Below, piece after piece: positions 16,662-26,466 of a stretch of 64,000 bases of DNA. Every line of letters begins with the position of its first letter. Within the stretch, counting starts at the first letter, position 1. This DNA is from Halobacteriovoraceae bacterium (GTDB lineage: Bacteria > Bdellovibrionota > Bacteriovoracia > Bacteriovoracales > Bacteriovoracaceae): positions 608,001 to 672,000 of the forward strand of contig CAVRCF010000005.1 of NCBI GenBank assembly GCA_963719505.1. The letters run 5' to 3'. Both the position numbers and the translations under genes were made by a program. The notes under the pieces were generated by a model. The model was not told the origin of the DNA, made no database searches, and was given only the letters and a program-made list of their open reading frames with translations.

Positions 16662-19600
16662 CTAGTTCAAATGAGTATCGATATTTTTTGAAAGTTCAAA
16701 AATAAGTTCTTTGGCCAATTGCTGCGCCAATGAATCAAACCCTTCAAAATGAGAAGTTAAATCTTTTTCAGAGATATCCAATAGACAACTCTTTCTTTTC
16801 ACCCTCATTAAGCTATACCGTGGCCTTGGGTATTTAGTTTTACATTGTTCAATACTTTTATTCATCTGCTCTTTTAAATCTTTTGAAAGACTGATCTGAG
16901 TGCTCGCTTTAAATCCATCCAGATATTCTAACCAATTGTTTGCAACAAAAGACAAACTTGGCTTTGCCACAGCGCAATCACAAGAAATAGCTTTAGAGAC
17001 AAGTTGCTTTTCAACTTCCCACTCATTAACAACACTTTCACAAAGTTCTTTGTCTTTTTCAGCTTTTACTTTCTGAGAATTTACAAAGAGAGAGTTGTTA
17101 AAACGCCCAGCCGTGCTTGCCATTCGTTTTTGACATTCATTTAAAAGTGCAACTTTGGAAAAAACAAACTTCCAATTCCAATTAGTTTTTAAATTGGATT
17201 CAATGAACCTATCTTTTAACGCTTCATACTCTGTTGAAAAAGATTTCAGATCCGCATCTTTTTGCTTCTTCAAAAGAAGACAAGAAGCTTTCACAACATC
17301 ATCTTTTACTTTTTCTTGAGTATAGTAGTTAATTTCAGCCGTATAAGTTCTATTTTTTAGAAGAGACTTTATATTACTTTCACAAAGGGAATTAAACTGA
17401 TCATCGGAGTATCCAATCCAGTTCAGAGCTGAAAGATCACCCAAAGCAATGCGACTTGACTCTTTTTCAACATATTTTTTCACTTCAACAATCTCATTTT
17501 GTGCCTTTCTATTGGCCCTTTTAGAGACTTCATTTTCAAGAAGTTGAACTAACTCGTTAGAGAACTCATTCAAAGAAATGGTAATTGGATAACCACCTAG
17601 TGATGGATAGTAGGAAACGAGTTTTTGTTCTATATCTTTTTTTAAGTTCGTTAATTTTTTAGTTCTAAAATACTCAATAAGAGTCTCTTCTCTAGATAAA
17701 GCTTGATCAAAAATAGAGGAAGCACTTTCCACGATCTTCTTCTTATATTTAACTTCTTCAGTATTAAAAATATTAATGATCTCTTTATTAAAAGCATTTA
17801 CATATTTTTGACTATAAAGTTCGCTTATATATTCAAGTCCAAGAGGTGATAAATTATATTTGCCTTGAAGATAGAGCTGTATCGTTTGATCATAGTCTTT
17901 TGTGAAGTTCTCATTAATACAATTTAAAACTGATGCTTGGACAAATGTTGTTCCACCATCAATCGGAGTAATACTTCTTAGTTCCTCTTCCCTGAAAGCT
18001 CTACAATCCATGATGGACTCATTCGCTCGAGACTCAAATGAGGACTCTATCCCTTTCGTTAAAAGAGTAAATTTCTCTTTTGTTTCTTTTTTTGCTGAAT
18101 CAATTGAATTAAGCCTAATATAGGATTCAACTTCATCATCAAAAATAGAATGATTCTCGCCAAGACTAACCAGCTGATCAAGTGCACATGCTTTTATTTC
18201 TGTATCATAGTTTGACAGAGAACTTTTTCTATTTTTTAAATAGATGGTAACTGGACTACAGTTTTGAGCAAGATTCTCTCTGAGCTCTTTCCAAGTCTTT
18301 TTTATACCATCAAGTCCACCTATTTGATCAATTGCTTTGTCTATAGTTTTTGAAACTGAGTTGATAGCAGACTGCAAAACATCTGAGTCATTTTTCTCTG
18401 TAACAAGACATCCTTGATAGTTCTCCTTCCTAAAAAGAGAGAGACGAGAATAAAAATGACTTTCAACTTTTGATTCAATACAGTTTTTTTGAGCTGGCTT
18501 CAAGAGTCTTACTGAACTTGGAAAAGAGAGACTACTTCTCGAAAATCCAGAATCTTCATCTAATGAACACTCTTTTATTTGGCTCCAAAAGACTTGTGAG
18601 AAATCTTGAGTTAGAAAGTCATTTGCTTTTTCTAATTCTGACTTTTTCAAAAAGCTTGAACGATTATAAAATTTATTACTTATCACGCTGAGTTTCTTTG
18701 GGGAGATTTTCTCCATGCTACTTGCACTTATAACAAAGTTGGCGCCAGAGTCAGCAAAGTCTTCTTTATGACTTGTCCTTTGATAACCTCTAACAAAGCC
18801 TTCTTCTTTGATCTTTTCTTTATCTACAATCCACATCATTTCTACAACTTCGTACTCTTCTCTTACGCCGTTAACTGTTCTGTACTTCGTTGTTTTCCCC
18901 TCTCCCCATGACCATGAAAGATTAACCCAATCTTCATAGCCTGAAAAATGTTCTGAGGCAGCTTGATCACCAAATGTGAAGTCGAGAGCATGACTGAGCT
19001 CGTGAATAACAGTGTGAATATAGTGACCTCTAACAAGATTTGAGTTTTTATCAAACCTTACATCTTGATCCGTTAAAAATATTGTTCCCGGATTTTTCTT
19101 TGAGCCATAAGAGTAGCTAAACTGACCAGCAACGAGGACTCCAGGAGAGGTTCCATCTGGAAATCGGTGCAATGTAGAAACAAGAATATTTCTGTAATCA
19201 TCTGAGACAATTTGAGAAACCATATTGAGAAGCTTTAACTCATTGTCTGGAAATAAATAGTCTTTAGCCGACCTGTTTTCATCTCTTCTGTATCCTGGAA
19301 TAAGGTCGAGAGTTGATATTCCTGAACCCATTGTAAGAAACCAATGATAAATTCTATAGCCCTCATCCGCTTCTTTATTACCATAGGCAATATTCAACAA
19401 GCACACAAGAGAGTCACAACTTTTTGACTCCTCAGAAAAATACATCTGCTCATAAAAACGACTTATATAATGCGTTTCCGCCGCTTTAAGGCTTGTAAAT
19501 TTAAACTTATCCGGCACTTCAACTCGAGTGGTATAAGCTTTTTCTAGAGTTTCGATATCCGTTTTGATTCTATCGATTCCAAATTCATCGATAAAGCAAC

Positions 19601-19739
19601 TTTCATCACCAATTTTTGCTGGCATCCTAATTTGTTGAGAGTCTCGTTTATCAAACTGGTTAAGAAAGGATAGCTTTGTATAGTCTTTTGAGCAGCTAAA
19701 TACCATAAGGCAGGTCAACAGGATAAAAAATTTATTCAC
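16662..19739 (-). CDS. Large lipoprotein with a zincin-type metallopeptidase motif
   Basis: GTG start, lipobox VFSC, HELSH and downstream EDFADS. Confidence 0.7.
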   Translation of the reverse strand: MNKFFILLTCLMVFSCSKDYTKLSFLNQFDKRDSQQIRMPAKIGDESCFIDEFGIDRIKTDIETLEKAYTTRVEVPDKFKFTSLKAAETHYISRFYEQMYFSEESKSCDSLVCLLNIAYGNKEADEGYRIYHWFLTMGSGISTLDLIPGYRRDENRSAKDYLFPDNELKLLNMVSQIVSDDYRNILVSTLHRFPDGTSPGVLVAGQFSYSYGSKKNPGTIFLTDQDVRFDKNSNLVRGHYIHTVIHELSHALDFTFGDQAASEHFSGYEDWVNLSWSWGEGKTTKYRTVNGVREEYEVVEMMWIVDKEKIKEEGFVRGYQRTSHKEDFADSGANFVISASSMEKISPKKLSVISNKFYNRSSFLKKSELEKANDFLTQDFSQVFWSQIKECSLDEDSGFSRSSLSFPSSVRLLKPAQKNCIESKVESHFYSRLSLFRKENYQGCLVTEKNDSDVLQSAINSVSKTIDKAIDQIGGLDGIKKTWKELRENLAQNCSPVTIYLKNRKSSLSNYDTEIKACALDQLVSLGENHSIFDDEVESYIRLNSIDSAKKETKEKFTLLTKGIESSFESRANESIMDCRAFREEELRSITPIDGGTTFVQASVLNCINENFTKDYDQTIQLYLQGKYNLSPLGLEYISELYSQKYVNAFNKEIINIFNTEEVKYKKKIVESASSIFDQALSREETLIEYFRTKKLTNLKKDIEQKLVSYYPSLGGYPITISLNEFSNELVQLLENEVSKRANRKAQNEIVEVKKYVEKESSRIALGDLSALNWIGYSDDQFNSLCESNIKSLLKNRTYTAEINYYTQEKVKDDVVKASCLLLKKQKDADLKSFSTEYEALKDRFIESNLKTNWNWKFVFSKVALLNECQKRMASTAGRFNNSLFVNSQKVKAEKDKELCESVVNEWEVEKQLVSKAISCDCAVAKPSLSFVANNWLEYLDGFKASTQISLSKDLKEQMNKSIEQCKTKYPRPRYSLMRVKRKSCLLDISEKDLTSHFEGFDSLAQQLAKELIFELSKNIDTHLN

Positions 19740-20151
19740 CTTTAACCTCCAAATCTTTTGCAACTCTTAAAACTCTTCCAGATTCATCAAAAACTAATGT
19801 CACACCTTTTTTGGTATTTATTAATTTATAACTTTTAGTATGTTCTGTTTGTTCATAGACATTAATTTTAAAGTCATCATCTTTATAGAGATGTCGCCAA
19901 TACTGGATAGAAACTTCTCGGCCTTTTGGCTTTTGAAACTTCATGTGAACCAGATCATCTTTCACTTGAAAACTTTTATCCTCGTAATGATACATCGTAG
20001 ATTTTTCATCAATCTTACTTTCTGTCATGCTTGAAGGCGAGCCCTCTTTGGCGATCAGCTCATCCACTGAAGGAAGGCTCTTTTTGGAATTCGTCCCCTT
20101 CTCCCCACAACTGATGAGAGCAAAAGAGAGTATAATCATTACTAGTTTCAA
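19732..20151 (-). CDS. Hypothetical lipoprotein
   Basis: LISC lipobox; GGAGG RBS. Confidence 0.8.
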   Translation of the reverse strand: MKLVMIILSFALISCGEKGTNSKKSLPSVDELIAKEGSPSSMTESKIDEKSTMYHYEDKSFQVKDDLVHMKFQKPKGREVSIQYWRHLYKDDDFKINVYEQTEHTKSYKLINTKKGVTLVFDESGRVLRVAKDLEVKGE

Positions 20152-20178
20152 AGAAACCTCCGTTATCTATTCAGATTC

Positions 20179-20205
20179 TTATCGGTTATCATTGAAAGTC
20201 TTTTA
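20179..20205 (-). promoter_or_regulatory. Sigma28 (FliA)-type promoter
   Basis: TAAA-N15-ACCGATAA on the minus strand. Confidence 0.65.
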
Positions 20206-20334
20206 ATTTATCTGTATTGACTGAGTGAATAGCTCCAGAAAAGAGAAAAACTGCCCACAAAAGCAGAAATTTGAACTAAAATGAGTTACACTCTAGTGAT
20301 AATTTTGACTGAAATACAGTAATAGTGAGGTATC

Positions 20335-20691
20335 GTGATGAGCTTTAAAGACCAAATCCTTAAAAATTTAGAACAAAATGGTTACCCAAGTAAAAAGGTC
20401 TCCTTTGATTTAGAAAAGCTCTATGAGCTAGCTGATGCCAAATCAGAGTCTCTCAACAATATATTAGAGGATCTCACCAATAGTGGAACCGCTCACAAAA
20501 AAGAGGGTGATAAAATAATTTTTTATCAAGAGTCAAAAGGTGATCATGAAGAAATGATGAAAAAGGCAAATGAAGCTATGGCCAATATGAGTGAAGAAGA
20601 ATTGAATAAGATCAAAGAGATGGCCGAAAATATGAGTGATGAAGAAAAAGCTCAAATGATGGAGCAAGCAAAGAAAATGGGACTATTTTAA
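20335..20691 (+). CDS. Hypothetical protein with a Met/Glu-rich helical C-terminus
   Basis: 118-aa ORF, GAGG RBS, stop overlaps the next start. Confidence 0.75.
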   Translation: MMSFKDQILKNLEQNGYPSKKVSFDLEKLYELADAKSESLNNILEDLTNSGTAHKKEGDKIIFYQESKGDHEEMMKKANEAMANMSEEELNKIKEMAENMSDEEKAQMMEQAKKMGLF

Positions 20692-21446
20692 TGAATATAT
20701 TTTTACTTCGAGGTCTGGTAAGAGAAAAAGAGCATTGGGGAGCATTTAAAGATGAAGTTCAAAAAGCTTTTCCTAAGGCCAATATTATCACTCCTGAGAT
20801 TCAAGGTGTTGGGCAATATGTTGAGATGATCAGTCCCAACAACTTTGATGATATGATCGAGTTTATGCGCAATAATCACCTTGAAAAATTTGGGCAAGAA
20901 GAAGAAAATATCCTTTTGGCCATGAGTCTAGGTGGTATGATTACCAGGCGCTGGATTGAGCTTCATCCTGCTGATTTTAATAAAATAATTTTAGTCAACA
21001 CCAGCTTTAAGGGTATTAACTCTCTCTTTCACAGGCTAAAGCCAGAAGCAATCCTAAATTTTTTAAAAATATTTGCTACCCCCAAAATTGAAGATAGAGA
21101 AAGAAAGATCGTTAAAATGGTCAGTAATAATGATAGCAACCATGAAGAAATTATAAAAAATTGGATTGAAATTCAAAAGAAAAGACCAGTTAAGAGATCG
21201 AGCTTTATCAATCAAATTAAAGCAGCTCTAACTTTTAGTCCAGCTCAAACATGGCCAAAAGAAACTCCACTACTCATTCTAGGGGCAAAGAGTGATAGGC
21301 TTTGTTCAGTGGAGAGCAGTGTGAAGTTACACGAAGTCTGGGGTGGTGTCCTTCATCTAAACGAGAAAGCTGGTCACGATCTTCCCATTGACGACTCACC
21401 CTGGATGTTAGAAAAGATAAAGAGCTGGTTAGAAGCGGAGAAATAG
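20691..21446 (+). CDS. Alpha/beta-fold hydrolase
   Basis: AMSLGG nucleophile elbow, SDRL and GHDLP. Confidence 0.85.
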   Translation: MNIFLLRGLVREKEHWGAFKDEVQKAFPKANIITPEIQGVGQYVEMISPNNFDDMIEFMRNNHLEKFGQEEENILLAMSLGGMITRRWIELHPADFNKIILVNTSFKGINSLFHRLKPEAILNFLKIFATPKIEDRERKIVKMVSNNDSNHEEIIKNWIEIQKKRPVKRSSFINQIKAALTFSPAQTWPKETPLLILGAKSDRLCSVESSVKLHEVWGGVLHLNEKAGHDLPIDDSPWMLEKIKSWLEAEK

Positions 21447-24158
21447 ATGTTTAAAGTTGGACAAAGATGGTTTTCAGAAGCCGAGCCCGAGCTAGGACTT
21501 GGGACAATAATAGAGGTTGTAGACAAGCAAATAAAAGTTGCCTTTAACGCCTCCGAAGAAGAGAGAACGTATGGGAGTAAAACAGCTCCCCTAAAGCGGC
21601 TTCATTATAGTGTTGGCGATGAAATCCAAACCAGCGAAGGAACAAAACATATCGTTACTGAAGCCATAGATAATGACGGATTGATGACCTATCTGTGTGG
21701 CGAGACTAAAATAGATGAAGCCTTTCTGAAGGCTGATCTCAATTTTTCAAAACCCCATGACAAACTTTTTGCTGGCGCATTTGATGAACCAGCACTTTTT
21801 AATTTAAGATATGAGTCGTTTCTAAAGAAAAGGGCCTACCAACAGTTTAAGCATAAAGGTCTCTTAGGTTCGAGAGTCCGTCTCATTCCCCACCAAGTCT
21901 TTTTAAGTGGTTCTATTTCTGAAAGAATGAATCCAAAAGTTATGTTAGCAGACGAAGTTGGTTTGGGTAAAACGATCGAAGCGGGTTTAGTTTTAAACTC
22001 TCTGATTGAGAAACATAAGGTTCACCGAGCACTTGTCATCGTTCCTGACTCCTTGGTCTATCAGTGGTTTTTTGAACTTCAAAACAAGTTTAATATAACA
22101 GCAAAAACGATGAGTTTAACCGATGAACTTGGAATAGAAGCTGAAGATCTTGAAGAGGGTTCTCACTATGTCATCAGTTTAGGAAGGCTTGTTGAAGACG
22201 ATAGACTTAGAGAAAATGTACTGAGCACCACTGACTGGGATATTCTCATTATTGATGAAGCCCACTCTCTTAAGTGGACCAAGGAGCAGTCATCACCTGA
22301 GTTTGATTTGGCAAAGAATTTGTCAAAGATCATCCCCTCTTTGATACTCCTTAGTGCGACTCCAGAGATTTTAGGTGTAGAGGGACATTTCTCAAGGCTT
22401 AATCTTCTTGATGAAAGTAAGTTTTCCAATCTTGAAAAATATCTCGCTGATTCTAAAAAGTATAGAGATCACTTACCTTTAATTTCAAAGATTATTGCAA
22501 ATAATCATACCAATGATGATTTAAAATCTTATTTTTCTGATGATGATATTAGCAGTTTAAAAAATCATGGTGAAATTATCAAAGCCCTCATCGATCGACA
22601 CGGTACTGGACGGGTTTATTTTAGAAATACGAGAGAGTATCTTGAAAAATTCGATTTATTTTTTCCCAAACGAAAACTTCATGATTACCCTATTTCAATT
22701 GATGGCGAAATTAATGATAAAATTGTCTTCTCAAAAAAATTACTTCTCCTTAAAAAGGTTCTAGAAGAAAACGAAGATGAGAAAGTTTTATTATTAGTTC
22801 AGTCAAAGGTCATCGCTTTGAAAATTCAAAGGCAACTCGAAAGCCTCACTTCCATCGATGTCGGTCTGTTCCACTCTGGACAATCCTTAATGGAAAGAGA
22901 CAGACAAGCCGCCTATTTCGCCAATCCTGATGGTGCTCGCATTCTCCTGTGTACCGAAATTGGAAGTGAAGGACGAAACTTTGAGTTTGCCCATCATCTC
23001 TACCTTTTCGATCTTCCAAAACTTCCTGAGCAACTAGAACAAAGAATAGGACGCCTCGATAGAATTGGTCAGAAGAAGAATATCAATATTCACGTCCCTT
23101 TTATCAAAGGAACTTTTGAAGAGATTTTATTTAGATGGTATAGCGAAGTTATTGGATCTTTTACAGCTGCGCCTAAGGGGGCGACAAGTTTTTATTCAAT
23201 AAACCGAGAGGAGTTTCAAAAGCTTCTTATTGAAAGATTTAACTCAGATCATCTCTCTGATTTTATCGAAAGAAAAAAACAAGAGTATGCCAAGCTTTGT
23301 CAGGAACTCAGCCAAGGACATGATGCTCTACTAGATCTCAACTCCTTTAACAAAGAAGAAGCTTTTAAAATTATTGAGACCATTAAATCATTTAACGAAA
23401 ATAATAATTTACAAGAATACCTCGAATTGTCATCTGAAGCTTGTGGACTTCATCTTGAAGAGCTTTCAAAAGATGTCTTTTTTATAAGACCCAATGACAA
23501 TATGCTCATCCCCTCTTATCCAGCACTCGACAGTGAAGGCTTTAGCTTTACAAAAGATAGAGATATGGCACTCGTTCGTGATGATTTAAAATACCTTACT
23601 TGGGAACATCCACTTGTGCGCGGAACCATTGATCTATTCTCTCAATCAGAAATTGGTAATATGACAGCTGTCACTCATAATGGGATCTTAGGTCAGGATG
23701 TTTTCTTCGAGTTTATTTTTAAACTAGAATGTGTAGGGAGCGAATCCTCAGAGATAACTAGGTTTCTTCCGTTAACACCAATCAGGGTTCTCCTTGACTC
23801 CAAAGCACAAGATGTGACGGCGAAAATTCCAAAAGCCAAAATTGACAAAATTAGTGACCCCTCTGTGGCCGTTGATAGGAAACAGCAAATATCAAAAATT
23901 CCAAAAGATGCATTTAAGGAATTTCTTATCAAAGCTGGAAAGCTTGCAAGCTCAAGATCTGAAAAGTACAAAACCATGGGGCTTGAGGCATTAACGATGT
24001 TTTGCAAAGGTGAGATTGGTCGATTAGAGTCTTTAAAGAAATCAAATGATCTTATTAAAGACAGTGATATTCAGCAGTGGCAAGACTTCTTTGAGAATTC
24101 AAAGTCAAATATTATTGATGCTAAAATTTCTATTGATTCAATTCGAGTTATTCTTTAA
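21447..24158 (+). CDS. rapA: RNA polymerase-associated SWI2/SNF2 ATPase RapA (HepA)
   Basis: GQRWFSEAEPELGLG, LADEVGLGKTIEAG, DEAH, EIGSEGRNF and QRIGRLDRIGQ motifs. Confidence 0.93.
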   Translation: MFKVGQRWFSEAEPELGLGTIIEVVDKQIKVAFNASEEERTYGSKTAPLKRLHYSVGDEIQTSEGTKHIVTEAIDNDGLMTYLCGETKIDEAFLKADLNFSKPHDKLFAGAFDEPALFNLRYESFLKKRAYQQFKHKGLLGSRVRLIPHQVFLSGSISERMNPKVMLADEVGLGKTIEAGLVLNSLIEKHKVHRALVIVPDSLVYQWFFELQNKFNITAKTMSLTDELGIEAEDLEEGSHYVISLGRLVEDDRLRENVLSTTDWDILIIDEAHSLKWTKEQSSPEFDLAKNLSKIIPSLILLSATPEILGVEGHFSRLNLLDESKFSNLEKYLADSKKYRDHLPLISKIIANNHTNDDLKSYFSDDDISSLKNHGEIIKALIDRHGTGRVYFRNTREYLEKFDLFFPKRKLHDYPISIDGEINDKIVFSKKLLLLKKVLEENEDEKVLLLVQSKVIALKIQRQLESLTSIDVGLFHSGQSLMERDRQAAYFANPDGARILLCTEIGSEGRNFEFAHHLYLFDLPKLPEQLEQRIGRLDRIGQKKNINIHVPFIKGTFEEILFRWYSEVIGSFTAAPKGATSFYSINREEFQKLLIERFNSDHLSDFIERKKQEYAKLCQELSQGHDALLDLNSFNKEEAFKIIETIKSFNENNNLQEYLELSSEACGLHLEELSKDVFFIRPNDNMLIPSYPALDSEGFSFTKDRDMALVRDDLKYLTWEHPLVRGTIDLFSQSEIGNMTAVTHNGILGQDVFFEFIFKLECVGSESSEITRFLPLTPIRVLLDSKAQDVTAKIPKAKIDKISDPSVAVDRKQQISKIPKDAFKEFLIKAGKLASSRSEKYKTMGLEALTMFCKGEIGRLESLKKSNDLIKDSDIQQWQDFFENSKSNIIDAKISIDSIRVIL

Positions 24159-24163
24159 TCGTT

Positions 24164-24928
24164 TTAAAAGTTAAATCTTACATCGTCCGCAAAAAGTGGA
24201 TGAAGCCTTGATTCACCAAGCTCCGTAATCTCTTTTAAAAGTTGTTCTTGATAATTGGGTTTTAAATGTCCCAGATAAACAGGGATATCAGCTGGCATTT
24301 TTAAAAGTTCTTTTTTCATACTGTTTGGCGTGTGGTGATCTGAAAGATCAGCGATATTCTGTAAAAAATTAGGAAAGCTAACTTCAGTAAAGATGGCCTT
24401 TAAATTTTTTATATTCTTTGCAACTTCCCAAATTTCATCTGTGGCTTTTGTATCAAGGGTAAAGAGAACAGCGGTCTCTCCTTTCTCGATGATGAATCCC
24501 ATCGCCCCACCGGGGTGATTGACATAAACGGGAGTGACTTTATATCCACCAACTGTGAAAGCCTTTTTGTTTTCGATATTGTTAAAATTAATTGTTGGAT
24601 TCTCAGGCGTTGGCAATTTTGAAAAATCTGGCCAGATTGTCTCATTGAAAATATGGGTTTTTATCGACTCGTGTACTCGTTTGTCGGAGTATACTTCAAA
24701 AGGTGATTTTTTTAAGCCAAAACAATTATCACAAATAAAAGCGAGATCTTTAATATGGTCAAGATGGGAGTGAGAGATGAGAATATTATCAATTTTTAAT
24801 TGATCTTCAATATCTAAACCACTGGCCACACTTCCAGCATCAATCAGCAGTGAATCATCAATGAGATAGCTTGTGGCGTGATAATTTTTAGTGACGCCTC
24901 CATGGCCTCCGATAATTTTAACTTGCAT
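24164..24928 (-). CDS. Class II cyclic-nucleotide phosphodiesterase (metallo-beta-lactamase fold)
   Basis: SHSHLDHI, FNETIWPDF, EVSFPN and HLKP motifs. Confidence 0.85.
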   Translation of the reverse strand: MQVKIIGGHGGVTKNYHATSYLIDDSLLIDAGSVASGLDIEDQLKIDNILISHSHLDHIKDLAFICDNCFGLKKSPFEVYSDKRVHESIKTHIFNETIWPDFSKLPTPENPTINFNNIENKKAFTVGGYKVTPVYVNHPGGAMGFIIEKGETAVLFTLDTKATDEIWEVAKNIKNLKAIFTEVSFPNFLQNIADLSDHHTPNSMKKELLKMPADIPVYLGHLKPNYQEQLLKEITELGESRLHPLFADDVRFNF

Positions 24929-24996
24929 TGAATCCCTTTATTGTCCTTATATATTAAGCCAATTTAAGAATTTAAACAAAATAAAATAAGAAAAAC

Positions 24997-25824
24997 CTAT
25001 TTCTTTCCGATGGCTTGGTAAATATCCTTAGCGTTTCCGTCGGTTATCTCGGCTAAAAGCTTACTCACCTTTTTTGGACTTGCACCCGCTTCAATAATCT
25101 CCATGGCCATCTCTCTAATTTTTTTTGATCCCCCTTGGTTTTTATTTGAGCTGGTAAACAGGATAACAAACTCACCTTTGAGGACAACTTGATCTTTAAT
25201 ACTCTCCCATTCTGATCCCAAAAAGCGATGAACAGATTCGTGAGTTTTAGTGAGTTCTCTGGCAATACAGAAGCTTTCATCTGGATAGCTACTTGTCAGT
25301 TCATTGAGAGTTTTCTCGACTCGACTTACTCCTTCAAAAAAAATGTGAGTCCCGTATTGATTCATACATTCCTCAAAAAAACTTATTTTTTTACCATTGT
25401 CTCTTGGAATAAATGAATGGAAGTGAAATGGACTCGGAGGCAGAGCACTTAACTCAAGGGCCGCTATAACCGCAGAGACTCCAGGTGCAGAGCTTATTGG
25501 AAGATCATTTTCTTTAGCTGCTAAGACAAGAGGAAAACTTGGATCTGAGATGATCGGACTTCCGGCATCACTGACGACGGTAACACAACTATTTTTCATC
25601 ATTGAAACCACTGAGCTGGTTTTCATCTCCCCTGTGTGGTCGTGGAAAGAATTTATTTTTTTGCCATCAAGGTCAATATCATTATGTTTACAAAATTCAC
25701 GAAAAACTCTGGTATCTTCGGCATAAATTATTGTAGAAGCTATGAGATCCTCTTTTGCCCTTTGAGTAAGATCCCTATTATTTCCAATGGGTAGAGTTAC
25801 TAAATGTATTCCTGACTTATTCAC
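24997..25824 (-). CDS. rsmI: 16S rRNA (cytidine-2'-O)-methyltransferase
   Basis: PIGN, AEDTR, SDAGSPIISDP, RELTKTHE and KGEF motifs. Confidence 0.92.
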   Translation of the reverse strand: MNKSGIHLVTLPIGNNRDLTQRAKEDLIASTIIYAEDTRVFREFCKHNDIDLDGKKINSFHDHTGEMKTSSVVSMMKNSCVTVVSDAGSPIISDPSFPLVLAAKENDLPISSAPGVSAVIAALELSALPPSPFHFHSFIPRDNGKKISFFEECMNQYGTHIFFEGVSRVEKTLNELTSSYPDESFCIARELTKTHESVHRFLGSEWESIKDQVVLKGEFVILFTSSNKNQGGSKKIREMAMEIIEAGASPKKVSKLLAEITDGNAKDIYQAIGKK

Positions 25825-25944
25825 TTTGGTCTCCTTTGACACTTTCTTCACTCTATCATTGAATTTGGACGCATGTTAGTATGAGTAAAAGCTTAACGCC
25901 AATTGAGAGGTATTCAAGGGGCAATTTATACAGGAGAAATACAC

Positions 25945-26346
25945 ATGTCAATGAACGCAAATGTCTTAAGAGATGCACTTGGTAATATCACGATTCAAAT
26001 GTCAGGAGATCTCGACTATGAAAATAGTATGCCACTTCGTCGTGAATTGAATGAATTATCTACTGAAAATCCACACTCAAGAATTACAGTTGATCTAGGT
26101 GGAGTTGACTTTGTTGGCTCAAGCGGAATCTGCCATTTTGTTGAAACAATTCAAATCATCAATAAAGATAAAAATGAGACGTCTAAGATCTCTCTCTCTA
26201 ATGTCTCTCGGGACTTTAGAAAAGTATTCAAACTTTATACAGCTGAAGAAGCTGAGCTCATTTGGGATGAAATGGATCTGGATTCGGATGATACATCTAA
26301 CTTGAACTCGAACTTTGGCAATAGAAAAAGAACTTTTCAAAACTAA
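25945..26346 (+). CDS. STAS-domain (anti-sigma antagonist-like) protein
   Basis: GDLD...VDLGGVDFVGSSGI; AGGAG RBS. Confidence 0.85.
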   Translation: MSMNANVLRDALGNITIQMSGDLDYENSMPLRRELNELSTENPHSRITVDLGGVDFVGSSGICHFVETIQIINKDKNETSKISLSNVSRDFRKVFKLYTAEEAELIWDEMDLDSDDTSNLNSNFGNRKRTFQN

Positions 26347-26371
26347 GAATATTTAAATTTTTTAGCACTTC

Positions 26372-26398
26372 TGGGCACTCAGTTTGAGTGCCTTTTTT
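26372..26398 (+). terminator. Intrinsic terminator
   Basis: GGCACTCA-gtt-TGAGTGCC-TTTTTT. Confidence 0.7.
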
Positions 26399-26466
26399 AA
26401 TTGACGCACGCCTTTGCTCATGAGAGTTTGGACCATACTAAAATTTCTCATTTAAAAGGCGCTCTC

